From contig JADLEF010000088.1 of NCBI GenBank assembly GCA_020846295.1, forward strand, positions 6,525 through 70,524: a stretch of DNA of 64,000 nt, written 5' to 3'. A program made the position numbers and the translations under genes. Below, in pieces: positions 52,781 through 62,472 of this stretch. Positions within the stretch are counted from its first letter, which is position 1; every line of letters begins with the position of its first letter. This DNA is from Acidimicrobiales bacterium (GTDB taxonomy: Bacteria > Actinomycetota > Acidimicrobiia > Acidimicrobiales > CAIXPF01). The notes under the pieces were generated by a model that saw only the letters and a program-made list of their open reading frames with translations, ran no database searches and had not been told where the DNA came from.

Positions 52781-53635
52781 TCAGTACTTGCCGGCCAGCT
52801 CGGCGAAGCGGTCGAGCAACGGCAGCACCTTGTCCGCACCGGCGGAGGGCAGGGCGAACACCACGCGGGACAGACCGACCTCGATCATCTGCTCGACGAT
52901 CTCGGCCTTGGCCGGCGTGGCGAACTGGCCGAACTCGATGGACGCCGGGTCCCGGCCGGCCTCGGTGGCCATCTGGCGGATCTGGGCGATCTGGGTGGCG
53001 AGGTCGTAGCGGCCGCTGACCGGCATGAACCCGTCGCAGTACTCGACGATGTGGGCCATGGTCTTGGGCCCGGCCGAGCCACCGAGGATCACCGGCGGGT
53101 GCGGCTTGGTGGCCGGCTTGGGCCACGACCAGCTGGAGGAGAAGTCCACGTGCTGGCCGTGGTACTCGGCCTCGTCCTTGGTCCACAGCTCCTTCATGGC
53201 GAGGATCTTCTCCCGAACGATGGCGCGCCGCTCGGTGTAGCGCACGCCGTGGTGGGCGAGCTCCTCCTTGTTCCACCCGTAGCCGATGCCGAACAGCAGC
53301 CGGCCGCCGGACAGTGCGTCGACGGTGGCCACCTCCTTGGCAAGCCAGAACGGGTCGCGCTGGGCGACCAGCGTGATGCCGGTGCCGAGCTTGATCGTCT
53401 TGGTCACCGCGGCGGCCATGCCGAGCGCCACGAACTGGTCGTACGTGCGCCAGTACTCCTCCGGCAGCGGCGGCGCCTTCGGGTTGCCGCCCCACGGCGT
53501 CACCCGGCTGGTCGGTATGTGGCTGTGCTCGGGGAACCACAGCGACTCGAACCCTCGAGACTCCGCCTCCCGGGCCACCGTCAGCGGATCGATGGACTTG
53601 TCCGTCGGGAAGATGCTCACTCCGAAGCTCACCAT
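52781..53635 (-). CDS. LLM-class F420-dependent oxidoreductase
   Basis: 284 aa with ATG start. GFESLWFPEHSHIP, GGRLLFGIGYGWN, VILGGSAGPKT. Confidence 0.85.
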   Translation of the reverse strand: MVSFGVSIFPTDKSIDPLTVAREAESRGFESLWFPEHSHIPTSRVTPWGGNPKAPPLPEEYWRTYDQFVALGMAAAVTKTIKLGTGITLVAQRDPFWLAKEVATVDALSGGRLLFGIGYGWNKEELAHHGVRYTERRAIVREKILAMKELWTKDEAEYHGQHVDFSSSWSWPKPATKPHPPVILGGSAGPKTMAHIVEYCDGFMPVSGRYDLATQIAQIRQMATEAGRDPASIEFGQFATPAKAEIVEQMIEVGLSRVVFALPSAGADKVLPLLDRFAELAGKY

Positions 53636-53723
53636 GGGGCGGCACTGTAGCGAAGTCGGTCACCCGGCGCGCCGAGCGCACCGCCGCTAGGTTGGGGCCT
53701 CAGGCAACTCGGGGGAGGCCGTC

Positions 53724-54089
53724 ATGGGCAACGACACAACCGGCCACGCAGCGTTGGTGCAGCGCTGGGCGGAGACGTTCAACACCGACATCGAGGCGAT
53801 GGTGCGGGAGCTGTACGCGCCCGAAGCGCTGCTCGGTGGCGTGGTGATGGGCCCGGAGAAGCTGCTCAAGTTCGAGCGCCGGGTGCTGCAGGCGGCGCCC
53901 AACCGGCGCATCCGCGTCGAGCGCACCCACCCCAGCGGGGCTGTGGTGACCGTCGAGGGCACGCTGCTCGACCCCGATCAGGGCGAGGACTGGGCGCTGC
54001 CGTTCTGCGCGGTGCTGACCTTCGCCGACGGCAAGGTCGTGCGCGACGACACCTACGCCGACTACTCGCGCTGGCCCGGCATGCACTGA
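53724..54089 (+). CDS. SnoaL-like / NTF2-family protein
   Basis: 121 aa with RBS GGGGGAGG. LVQRWAETFNTDIEAMVRELYAPEA and a C-terminal FADGKVVRDDTYADY. Confidence 0.6.
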   Translation: MGNDTTGHAALVQRWAETFNTDIEAMVRELYAPEALLGGVVMGPEKLLKFERRVLQAAPNRRIRVERTHPSGAVVTVEGTLLDPDQGEDWALPFCAVLTFADGKVVRDDTYADYSRWPGMH

Positions 54090-54118
54090 TCGTCGTCCGT
54101 ACCGATCGGTACGTCGGG

Positions 54119-55243
54119 TCAGGCGAGCGCGGCGTCGAGCCGCTGGTGGAACGCGGCCAGCACCGGTTCGAAGCCCCCGTGCAGCACCCGCTCGGTGGCC
54201 GCCATGGTGCGCTGCGCCGAGGCGGCCATCGCCATGTCCTCCCGTCCGGTCTCCACGATGTAGTCGAAGTTCCGGTCGAAGTAGCGCGCCGCCTTCGAGT
54301 CCGGCTCGATCGCCTCGGGGGTGAGCATCGTGAAGTGCCACACGCAGCGGTCCGCCCGATCGCCGGGCAGGATGCGGTACACCGCGACGTGGTCGCCGTG
54401 GACGTTGACCGCGAGGTTCGGGAGGATGTCGTAGCTCACCACGGCGTGGTCCAACACGTTCCAGCGGGCCGGATCATCGTCGAGCACGGTCCGCAGCGAC
54501 TGCTTGGCGGCGGCCATGCGCCAGTGCTCGCCCAGCCGGTCGAAGTGCACCAGGTTGCGCTGCATGAGGTGGGCGAGCGTCGCCCGGTGCAGGTACACCC
54601 CGTGGTAGAACTCGAGGAACGTCTCGTAGAACAGCTTCCAGTTGGCGGGCACGTCGATGGCCACCGATCGGAACGCCCGCCAGCTGTCCAGGCCGTACGA
54701 GGCGAGTTCGTCGTCCAGTGCGGCGCCGAGGTAGCCGGTGAGATCGCCGGGCCGCAGCCACACGAAGCCATGGCGCTCGAGCGACGGCAGTTCGACCAGC
54801 CCGAGCGTGGACGGGTCGAGATCGGCGAAGCCCTCGGCGTCGGGGATGGCAGCGAGGCTGCCGTCGCTGCGATACGACCAGGCGTGGAACGGGCAGACCA
54901 GCACACGGCCGGCGTGGCCGCACGCCTCCTCGGTGAGCTGCACGCCACGGTGACGGCAGGCGTTGACGAACACCCGGGCGACGCCGTCCTCGCCTCGCAC
55001 GGTGAGCGTCGGCAACCGGGGCAGGTCGAAGGTGGCGAAGTCCCCCGGGTGGGCCAACTGGCCCGAGAGCGCCACCACCACGGGGACGCTCCCGGCGAGC
55101 AGGGACCGCTCCGCCTGCCAGCGCGCCTCGTCGTGGTACGCGGCGGCGGGCCGGGCGACGGTCACGCCGGTGTTGTACGTGCTGCCGGCCCGCAGGTGGG
55201 CGGCCAGGGTGGCGCCCAACACCATTCGCTGCTGTTCACGCAC
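54119..55243 (-). CDS. Rieske [2Fe-2S] aromatic-ring-hydroxylating oxygenase, alpha subunit
   Basis: Rieske motif CRHRGVQL...CPFHAWSY and a catalytic-domain pattern (NWKLFYETFLEFYHGVYLH). Start is the GTG at 55243 or the ATG at 55225. Confidence 0.85.
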   Translation of the reverse strand: MREQQRMVLGATLAAHLRAGSTYNTGVTVARPAAAYHDEARWQAERSLLAGSVPVVVALSGQLAHPGDFATFDLPRLPTLTVRGEDGVARVFVNACRHRGVQLTEEACGHAGRVLVCPFHAWSYRSDGSLAAIPDAEGFADLDPSTLGLVELPSLERHGFVWLRPGDLTGYLGAALDDELASYGLDSWRAFRSVAIDVPANWKLFYETFLEFYHGVYLHRATLAHLMQRNLVHFDRLGEHWRMAAAKQSLRTVLDDDPARWNVLDHAVVSYDILPNLAVNVHGDHVAVYRILPGDRADRCVWHFTMLTPEAIEPDSKAARYFDRNFDYIVETGREDMAMAASAQRTMAATERVLHGGFEPVLAAFHQRLDAALA

Positions 55244-55351
55244 CGGCGCCCCCTTCGTGTGCTCGTCGGCCGGACGCTACCTCGTCGGCCGGCCGGCGGG
55301 CCGCGGTAAGGTCCCGCCCGTTCGGACGCGACGGGGAGCAGGAGCGCGGCG

Positions 55352-56518
55352 ATGGCCTACATTCGATTGACCGACCAGCAGCAGCGGTGGCAAGAGCGAG
55401 CCGCCACCATCGCCGCCGACGTGCTGGCCCCAGCCGCAGCCGAGGCCGACCGTACCGCGCGGTTTCCCCGGGCCCAGCTCGATGCGCTCCGCGACGGTGG
55501 CCTGCTGGGGCTCCGGGGCGACGCCGCCCACGGCGGCGCCGGCGAGGGGCTGCTCACCACCTGCCTGGTCACCGAGACCCTGGCCAAGGCCTGCCCGTCG
55601 ACCGCGCTGATCTACAAGATGCACCTCGAGAGCATCGAGATGATCTCCCGCGCCCCGACCGCCGCACAGGCCGCCGAGGTGCTGCCCCGACTGGTGTCGG
55701 GCGAGTGGCTGTCGACGGTGGCCGGCAGCGAGGCGGGCCACCAGGGCGGGGCATGGGCGGGTGGACCCAAGTCCACCGTGGAGCGGGTGGAGGGCGGCTA
55801 CCGGGTGGCGAACATCCGCAAGTCCTTCGTCACCGGCGCCGGCCTGGCCGACGCGTACTTCTTCATGTGCCGTTACGAGCCGGAGGGTGCCAAGCCGCAG
55901 CAGCTGATGTTCCAGGTGTTGCGCGACGACCTCGCCTGGTCGGTGGACGAGCCGTGGGACGGGCTCGGCATGCGGGCGAACAACAGCTCGCCGATGACCT
56001 TCAACGGGTTCATCCCCGACGCCCGGCTGCTCAACCCCGACAACCAGCGGGTGGACCTCATGCCGGTCGTGCTCGGCACGTACGCAGCGACGTACCTCGG
56101 CATCGCCGCGGGGTGCTACGAGCACCTCCACGCCCATGTGGCCGGTACCACGCTGGCCGACGGCCGCCGGATGGGCGACGTCGAGACGGTGCAGGCCCGC
56201 ATGGCCACGGCGAGGATCGAGCTCGAACGCAGCCGTGCCCTGCTCTACGCCGCCTGCGCTGCGTTCGACGACGGCGCCCACGGTGGCCCGCAGGCGTTCT
56301 TCGAGGCGAAGGTCGCCTGCGATGCGGTGGGCACGTTCATCACCCAGGAGGCGATGACGCTCGGCGGCGGGACCGCGTTCGCCAAACGGCTGCCCTTCGA
56401 GCGGTACTTCCGCGACGCGCGCGCCGGTATGGTCATGGGCATCGCCCACGACATCGCGCTGCTCAACGTGGGCCGGATGCTGTTCCCGAAGCCGAAGGTC
56501 GAGCGCACCCCCGCCTGA
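55352..56518 (+). CDS. Acyl-CoA dehydrogenase family protein
   Basis: 388 aa with an ATG start and a GGGGAGCAGGAG RBS region. ACAD layout (YRVANIRKSFVTGAG, MTLGGGTAFAKRLPFERYFRDARAG). Confidence 0.85.
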   Translation: MAYIRLTDQQQRWQERAATIAADVLAPAAAEADRTARFPRAQLDALRDGGLLGLRGDAAHGGAGEGLLTTCLVTETLAKACPSTALIYKMHLESIEMISRAPTAAQAAEVLPRLVSGEWLSTVAGSEAGHQGGAWAGGPKSTVERVEGGYRVANIRKSFVTGAGLADAYFFMCRYEPEGAKPQQLMFQVLRDDLAWSVDEPWDGLGMRANNSSPMTFNGFIPDARLLNPDNQRVDLMPVVLGTYAATYLGIAAGCYEHLHAHVAGTTLADGRRMGDVETVQARMATARIELERSRALLYAACAAFDDGAHGGPQAFFEAKVACDAVGTFITQEAMTLGGGTAFAKRLPFERYFRDARAGMVMGIAHDIALLNVGRMLFPKPKVERTPA

Positions 56519-56537
56519 GCCCCGCGGCCGCCCCGGC

Positions 56538-57458
56538 TCAGTCCGCCGGTAGCCGGCGGCGCAGGAACGAGTCGGTCAGCGCCACCACGTCGTCGGGGGC
56601 GTCGAAGTGGACCATGTGGCCGGCATCGAGCACATGGTGCTCCACATCGTTGAACAGGCCGAGCCGCCGGGCCTCCTCCTGGGCGCGCATCGGCCCGTCG
56701 AAGCCCGGACCGGGGCGCGCCGCCATCGTCGGCTTCCACCAGCGCTCCCACGCCGCGCCACCGGTGAGCACCAACGTGGGACAGCGCACCTGCGTCCAGC
56801 ACTCCTCGTAGCGCTCGCGGTCGAAGACCGCGGTCCACTCCCGCACGAACGGATCCCACTTCCACACCAGGCCGCCGTCGGGCCCTGGTCGGGTGCCGGC
56901 CGCGGCGAGCTCGGCGGCGAGCGCGTCGTCGAGGCCGGGGTGGGCCCGCTGCAGCCGTTGGGTCGCCACCGTCAGGTCCGCCATCGGCGGGCGGGTCGGA
57001 TCCTCGTTGAGGGCCTCGATCGCGGCCCGGGCGATGGCGCGGCGGCCGGCGGGGTCGGTTTCACCGAAGCGGGGCGGTGGCCCGAGCCCTTCCACCATGA
57101 CCAGCGCCGCCGGCTCGTCGGGCCACGTGCCGGCGTAGGTGCTGGTGACGATGGAGCCCATGCTGTGGCCGAACAGCACCGGCCGCTCGAGGCCGAGGCG
57201 ATCGAGCACGGCGCGAAGGTCGGCGACGAAGTGCGACACCGTGTAGGCGCGTCCGCGGCTCGAATCGCCGTGTCCGCGCAGGTCGAGGTTCACCACGTGG
57301 AACCGCTCGGCGAAGCGCGCCGCCACCGGGTGCAAGGACCAGGCGAGGTCGGTCAGCCCGTGCAGGAGGACCATGGGCCGTGCCGTCTGGTTGCCGTAGT
57401 CCCAACCGGCGATGGTCACGGTGGCGGTCTCGATGTGGATCTGACGGGGTGCGGCCAC
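56538..57458 (-). CDS. Alpha/beta hydrolase
   Basis: 306 aa with GTG start. HGLTD oxyanion region, nucleophile elbow GHSMGS, and a C-terminal AGHMVHFD. Confidence 0.85.
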   Translation of the reverse strand: MAAPRQIHIETATVTIAGWDYGNQTARPMVLLHGLTDLAWSLHPVAARFAERFHVVNLDLRGHGDSSRGRAYTVSHFVADLRAVLDRLGLERPVLFGHSMGSIVTSTYAGTWPDEPAALVMVEGLGPPPRFGETDPAGRRAIARAAIEALNEDPTRPPMADLTVATQRLQRAHPGLDDALAAELAAAGTRPGPDGGLVWKWDPFVREWTAVFDRERYEECWTQVRCPTLVLTGGAAWERWWKPTMAARPGPGFDGPMRAQEEARRLGLFNDVEHHVLDAGHMVHFDAPDDVVALTDSFLRRRLPAD

Positions 57459-57516
57459 ATGGGGAACCTAGCCGGGCATAGGCTGCGTCGCGCTGGACGA
57501 TCCTGGGGGGACAGCC

Positions 57517-58716
57517 ATGCCGACCGAACTGTTCATCGACGTCGACACCCACATCACCGAGCCGCCCGATGTGTGGACGGCCCGGGTGCCGGCCAAGTAC
57601 CGGGATCTGGTGCCGCACGTCGAGCGGGACGCGCAGAGCGGCAAGGACAACTGGGTGCTGCAGGGCCGCCGCATCTCCTCGGTGGGACTGTCCGCCGTGG
57701 CCGGGTTCGAGGGCGGGCCGTTCCCCGAGTCCCCCAAGGGCTTCGACGACGCCCATCCCGGTTCGTACGACGCGCACAAACGGCTCGAGTACATGGATTC
57801 GGTGGGGATCTGGGCGCAGGTGCTCTACCCGAACGTGGGCGGCTTCGGCAGCCAGGTGTTCCTCAAGCTGGAAGACCCCGAGCTCATGCTGGCCTGTGTC
57901 GAGGCGTACAACGACTTCCAGACCGATTGGGCCTCGGCCGACTCGCGCCGTCTCATCCCGGTGACCGCCATCCCGTTCTGGGACGTGCAGGCCTCGGTAC
58001 GGGAGATCCAGCGCTGCGCAGACAAGGGCCACAAGGGCGTGCTGTTCACCGGCGAACCGCAGGTGCACGGCATGCCGTTCCTCGGCGACGAGCACTGGGA
58101 CCCGATCTGGTCCGCCGCCCAGGAGGCCGATCTACCGGTGAGCTTCCACATCGGCTCGGGTGACATGTCGACCATCTTCGACCGCAACCGGGTGCGGGCC
58201 CACGGCTCGGCCGCCACCTACGCCCGCAGCACCGTGGCGTTGACCATGGGCAACGGCGTGCAGGTGGCGGATCTGCTGCTGTCGGGGGTGCTGCCGCGCT
58301 TCCCGCAGCTGAAGGTGGTGTCCGTCGAGTCCGGCATCGGGTGGGTGCCGTTCGTGCTCGAGGCGTGCGACTACGCCTTCATCGACGGCAAGGTGCGTGA
58401 CCAGCGGCCGATCTTCGAGCTGCTGCCCTCGGAGTACTTCAAGCGGCAGGTGTTCGTCTGCTCCTGGTTCGAGCAGTTCGCCCCGCAGGGCCTGCTGGAG
58501 CGGATCGGCACCGACAACGTGCTGTTCGAGACGGACTTCCCCCACCCCACCTCGCTGTACGCCGGTGACGTGCACGAGCGCATCGACGGCGCGCTCGGCG
58601 GCCAGCCGGCCGAGGTGCGGCGGAAGATCCTGTGGGACAACCCGGCCGCGCTGTACAAGGTCGCCGCTCCCACCACCTCAGACCTCCAGCGCCTCGACGC
58701 CGTCGCCCGGGTCTGA
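57517..58716 (+). CDS. Amidohydrolase_2 (ACMSD-like) family metal-dependent hydrolase
   Basis: The ATG at 57517 gives MPTELFIDVDTHITEP.... Contains LPVSFHIG and ETDFPHPTS. Confidence 0.85.
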   Translation: MPTELFIDVDTHITEPPDVWTARVPAKYRDLVPHVERDAQSGKDNWVLQGRRISSVGLSAVAGFEGGPFPESPKGFDDAHPGSYDAHKRLEYMDSVGIWAQVLYPNVGGFGSQVFLKLEDPELMLACVEAYNDFQTDWASADSRRLIPVTAIPFWDVQASVREIQRCADKGHKGVLFTGEPQVHGMPFLGDEHWDPIWSAAQEADLPVSFHIGSGDMSTIFDRNRVRAHGSAATYARSTVALTMGNGVQVADLLLSGVLPRFPQLKVVSVESGIGWVPFVLEACDYAFIDGKVRDQRPIFELLPSEYFKRQVFVCSWFEQFAPQGLLERIGTDNVLFETDFPHPTSLYAGDVHERIDGALGGQPAEVRRKILWDNPAALYKVAAPTTSDLQRLDAVARV

Positions 58717-58800
58717 TCGGGCCGGCGCCGTCCCCGCCGACCCGCGATCCCGCTCGCTCGCCTTCCGTACTCTTGGGTATGTCTGTAGCATCGCAGTCGC

Positions 58801-60255
58801 ATGGCAGCGGGCGTGGTGGTCGGTGTCGATTTCGGGACGAGCTTCACCGTGGCAGCGCTGCGTCGGGGGAGTGATCCGCCCCGGGTGATCGAGGTGGCCG
58901 GCTCGAGGCGTACCCCCTCGGTGGTGTTCGCCGAAGAGGACGGTTCGCTCGTGGTCGGTACGGCGGCGGAGGCACTGACCGACGGCCGTCCTGCCCGTGG
59001 CCTGCGGGCGCCGAAGCAGCTGCTCGGGCGGTCCGAGATCGTGGTGCTGGGGGGGACGCAGCAACCGCTCAGCACGGTGATCGGGGGGCTGCTCGGTCAG
59101 GTGCTCCGCCATGCCGACCGGGAGGCCCAGCAGCCGACACAGCTGGTGTTCACCCATCCCGCCGATTGGACCGAGCGGCAGCTGGTGCCGTTCCGAGAAG
59201 CGCTCGCTCAAGCCGGGGCAAGCGCCCCGCAGCTGGTGACCGAGCCAGTAGCGGGGGCCTGGGCGCAGGCTGCCGGTCACGGCCACCGACCCGGTGACCA
59301 CCTCCTGGTGTACGACCTCGGCGGTGGCACGCTGGACATCGCAGTGCTTGAGGCGCAGCCGTCCGGTTTCACCGTGGTCGGCAATCCCTCCGGCAACCGG
59401 GCGCTGGGCGGCGACCTCTTCGATGAGGTGCTGATGGCGCATGTGGCCGAGCAGCACCTCGACCAGGCCGCCCAGGACGAGCTACAGCTGTCGGACGATC
59501 CGGCGTGGACTTCGTGCGCGGTGCGACTGCGTGGCGCGGTGCGCCGGGCCAAGGAGTTGCTGTCGCTGCACCCTCGAGCCGACCTCGCCATCAGCCTGCC
59601 TCACCGCACGTTCGTGGTCACGCTGTCCCGCACGGAACTGGCCGGGATACTCCGGCCCATGGTGGAGGAATCGGTGCAGCTCTGCGAGGACGCAGTACGC
59701 GCCGCCGGGCTGCCGCTCTCCTCGATCGCAGCGGTGCACCTGATCGGAGGCGGTAGCCAGCTGCCCTCGGTCGGCGAGGCCATCGGCGCCCGCTTCCCGC
59801 TCAGCGAGTTGGTGCTCGCCGCCGACCCGAAGGCGGTCGTCGCGCTCGGGGCAACCCTGTTGGCCGCCCCGCACCCACCGACCGGACCGCCTGCCACGTC
59901 GGTGCCGGCCGCGTCGATCCCGACGTGGAAGGCGGCGGGCACTCCGGTGGTAGCCCCACCAGAGTCGGCGTCAACGCTCCCCTCGCCGGTCGGAGCGGTT
60001 CCCCCGAGCGCAACGGCGCCGGTCACGGTGCCGTCGATGGCCGTTCCCTCGCGCCAGGCGGGGATATCTCCAGACGATCGTCGTGTGGTGCCTGACGTGT
60101 TGGCGTCGGCTGACACCATGGGGCCGTCACCAGCCGCGTTTCGCGTGCACGAGGGCGCACAACTCGGTGCGCAACGTCGGCATGCACTGCTCGTGCTTTC
60201 GATAGCGGTTGCGTGTATCTTCGTCGCCGTGTTCGCTCTCATAGTGCTCATGTGA
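58801..60255 (+). CDS. Hsp70/actin-fold ATPase lacking a substrate-binding domain, C-terminally membrane-anchored
   Basis: VGVDFGTS (phosphate 1), VYDLGGGTLD (phosphate 2), LIGGGSQLP (adenosine motif), then about 100 aa of Pro/Ala/Ser-rich linker and a terminal TM helix ALLVLSIAVACIFVAVFALIVLM. Confidence 0.8.
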   Translation: MAAGVVVGVDFGTSFTVAALRRGSDPPRVIEVAGSRRTPSVVFAEEDGSLVVGTAAEALTDGRPARGLRAPKQLLGRSEIVVLGGTQQPLSTVIGGLLGQVLRHADREAQQPTQLVFTHPADWTERQLVPFREALAQAGASAPQLVTEPVAGAWAQAAGHGHRPGDHLLVYDLGGGTLDIAVLEAQPSGFTVVGNPSGNRALGGDLFDEVLMAHVAEQHLDQAAQDELQLSDDPAWTSCAVRLRGAVRRAKELLSLHPRADLAISLPHRTFVVTLSRTELAGILRPMVEESVQLCEDAVRAAGLPLSSIAAVHLIGGGSQLPSVGEAIGARFPLSELVLAADPKAVVALGATLLAAPHPPTGPPATSVPAASIPTWKAAGTPVVAPPESASTLPSPVGAVPPSATAPVTVPSMAVPSRQAGISPDDRRVVPDVLASADTMGPSPAAFRVHEGAQLGAQRRHALLVLSIAVACIFVAVFALIVLM

Positions 60256-60318
60256 GCGACGCGGCGTTGCTTTGACCTCTCCCAGCTGGGGTCCGCGCCG
60301 AAAACGGAGGGGAAGCAG

Positions 60319-61293
60319 ATGACCGAGGCGACCGCCGAACAGGTCCAATGGTTCGCGGATCAGTTCCGCGTGCTCCAGTCCAACGTGGAACAGTTCATCC
60401 GCGGGAAGACGAGCGTCGTCCAAATGGCGCTGGTGGCGTTGCTGTCGGAGGGTCACCTGCTGATCGACGACATTCCCGGAGTCGGCAAGACATCGCTCGC
60501 CAAGGCGATCGCCAACTCGATCGAAGGCACCATGAGCCGCGTGCAGTTCACTCCGGACCTGCTGCCCAGCGATCTCACCGGGACGCAGATCTGGAACATG
60601 AACACCCGGAACTTCGAGTTCCGGGCCGGGCCCGTGTTCGCCAACATCGTCGTCGGCGATGAGATCAACCGAGCATCGCCCAAGACGCAGTCCGCCATGC
60701 TCGAAGTGATGGAGGAGCGGCAGGTCTCGGTGGAGGGCAACCCGGTGATGGTGCCTCGACCGTTCATGGTGATCGCCACCCAGAACCCGGTGGAGTTCGA
60801 CGGCACCTACCACCTGCCCGAAGCCCAGATCGATCGGTTCATGATGAAGCTCTCGATCGGCTATCCCGACCACGAGTCGGAGATCGAGATCATACGCGGC
60901 CGCTCGAGCGGGATCACCGTGGAGCAACTGAGGCCGGTCTCCACGCTCGCTTTGGTGGCCAACCTGATCGAGATCGCCCGCGGTGTGCACGTGGCACCGG
61001 CGTGGCACAGCTACATCGTGAGTCTGTGCTCCTCCACCCGACAGATGGGTGAGCTGCGCCTCGGCGTCTCGCCGCGGGGGAGCCTGGCGCTGCTGACCGC
61101 CGCCCAGACCCAGGCCGCGTCACGGGGCCGCACGTTCGTCACCGCCGATGATGTCAAGCAGCTGCTGCCCTACGTGCTGGGCCACCGGATGCTGCTCACC
61201 GCCGAGGCGGAGCTGCAAGGTCATACTGCGACCACGTTGCTCAACCACATCGCCGCCGCCATCCCCACCCCCGAGATCCGTCTGGGGGTCTGA
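60319..61293 (+). CDS. MoxR-family AAA+ ATPase
   Basis: RBS GGAGGGGA. Walker A DIPGVGKTSLAKA, Walker B VVGDEINRASPKTQSAMLEVMEE, and ATQNPVEFDGTY. Confidence 0.9.
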   Translation: MTEATAEQVQWFADQFRVLQSNVEQFIRGKTSVVQMALVALLSEGHLLIDDIPGVGKTSLAKAIANSIEGTMSRVQFTPDLLPSDLTGTQIWNMNTRNFEFRAGPVFANIVVGDEINRASPKTQSAMLEVMEERQVSVEGNPVMVPRPFMVIATQNPVEFDGTYHLPEAQIDRFMMKLSIGYPDHESEIEIIRGRSSGITVEQLRPVSTLALVANLIEIARGVHVAPAWHSYIVSLCSSTRQMGELRLGVSPRGSLALLTAAQTQAASRGRTFVTADDVKQLLPYVLGHRMLLTAEAELQGHTATTLLNHIAAAIPTPEIRLGV

Positions 61294-61323
61294 GCCGGAC
61301 GACGACGGAGGAGGGGACACGCG

Positions 61324-62469
61324 ATGTTGACCAGGAACGGGTGGGCCACGGCGGCGCTCTGCGTCGCATGCCTCGCCGTCGGAACGCTTGCCGACCTGCG
61401 GGAGCTGCTCGCGATCGGTGTCGCCCTGCTGGTGGCGCTCATCGTCGCCGCCGCGTGGCTGTTCATCCGGCCGTCGCTTGAGGTACGCCGTGATGTGGTG
61501 CCGGCGCGCGTGGCGGAGGGCGAGGGCGCCGTCGGGGTGCTCACCGTCACCAACCAGGGCGCCCGCCGCTCACCGCCGCTGCTCGCCCATGAGCGTTTCG
61601 GCGAGCGTCGGCTGCGCCTGCAGCTGCGCGGACTCGCTTCGCAAGCCGCGCAGCGGGTCAGCTACGACCTGCCGACCGGTCGTCGGGGCATCTTGCCGGT
61701 AGGGCCGCTCGAGATCAGTCACGCCGACGCCCTCGGCCTGGTCGGGGTGGGTTACGGCGAGGGCGCGGAGACCCGGCTGATCGTGCATCCCCGGCAGGTG
61801 CGGGTTGCGCCGCTACCTACCGGCCGCTCCCAGGACTTCGACGGGCCGACCCGCTCGGTGGCACCGCGAGGGGGCATAGCGTTCCACTCGCTGCGCGAGT
61901 ACGTGTCGGGTGACGACCTGCGCTTGGTGCACTGGCCCACGACCGCTCGTACCGGACAGCTGATGGTCAAGCACACCGTGGTGACCAACGAGCCGAGGCT
62001 GGTCATCGTGCTCGACACCCAGTCCGGGTCCTACGGTGACCAGCGGTCCTTTGAGGAGGCCGTGCGGGTGACCGCCTCCCTGGTGAGCGCGGGAGCGAAC
62101 CAGCGCTTCCCCACGACGCTGCACACCAGCGGCGGCGCCACCGTAGCGGTCGACGCCACCGGCAGCGGGCTCACCGATGCCCTCGACACGCTCGCCGCCG
62201 TCACCACCGAGGTCGATGATCCCGGCCTGCGCAGCCTCGTGCGGTTGGCCGGGCGCCGCCACCACGGCGCATCCCTCGGTGTGATCACCGGCTCGCTGTG
62301 CACCCAGGTAGCGGTCGTCTCCTCGGTGCGGCAGCGCTACGAGATGGTCACCCTGGTGCAGATGGGGCCCAACTACGGCCGCACCATCGCCGCAGTGGAG
62401 GGCGTGCTGGGTCTCGCCTGCAGCGATCTGGCGGAGTTCACCCGGGTCTGGAAGGCGCGGGTGGGCTGA
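61324..62469 (+). CDS. DUF58 domain protein (vWA-like, MoxR partner)
   Basis: N-terminal TM helices and the DUF58 core motif HSLREYVSGDDLRLVHWPTTARTGQLMVK. Confidence 0.85.
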   Translation: MLTRNGWATAALCVACLAVGTLADLRELLAIGVALLVALIVAAAWLFIRPSLEVRRDVVPARVAEGEGAVGVLTVTNQGARRSPPLLAHERFGERRLRLQLRGLASQAAQRVSYDLPTGRRGILPVGPLEISHADALGLVGVGYGEGAETRLIVHPRQVRVAPLPTGRSQDFDGPTRSVAPRGGIAFHSLREYVSGDDLRLVHWPTTARTGQLMVKHTVVTNEPRLVIVLDTQSGSYGDQRSFEEAVRVTASLVSAGANQRFPTTLHTSGGATVAVDATGSGLTDALDTLAAVTTEVDDPGLRSLVRLAGRRHHGASLGVITGSLCTQVAVVSSVRQRYEMVTLVQMGPNYGRTIAAVEGVLGLACSDLAEFTRVWKARVG

Positions 62470-62472
62470 GCC

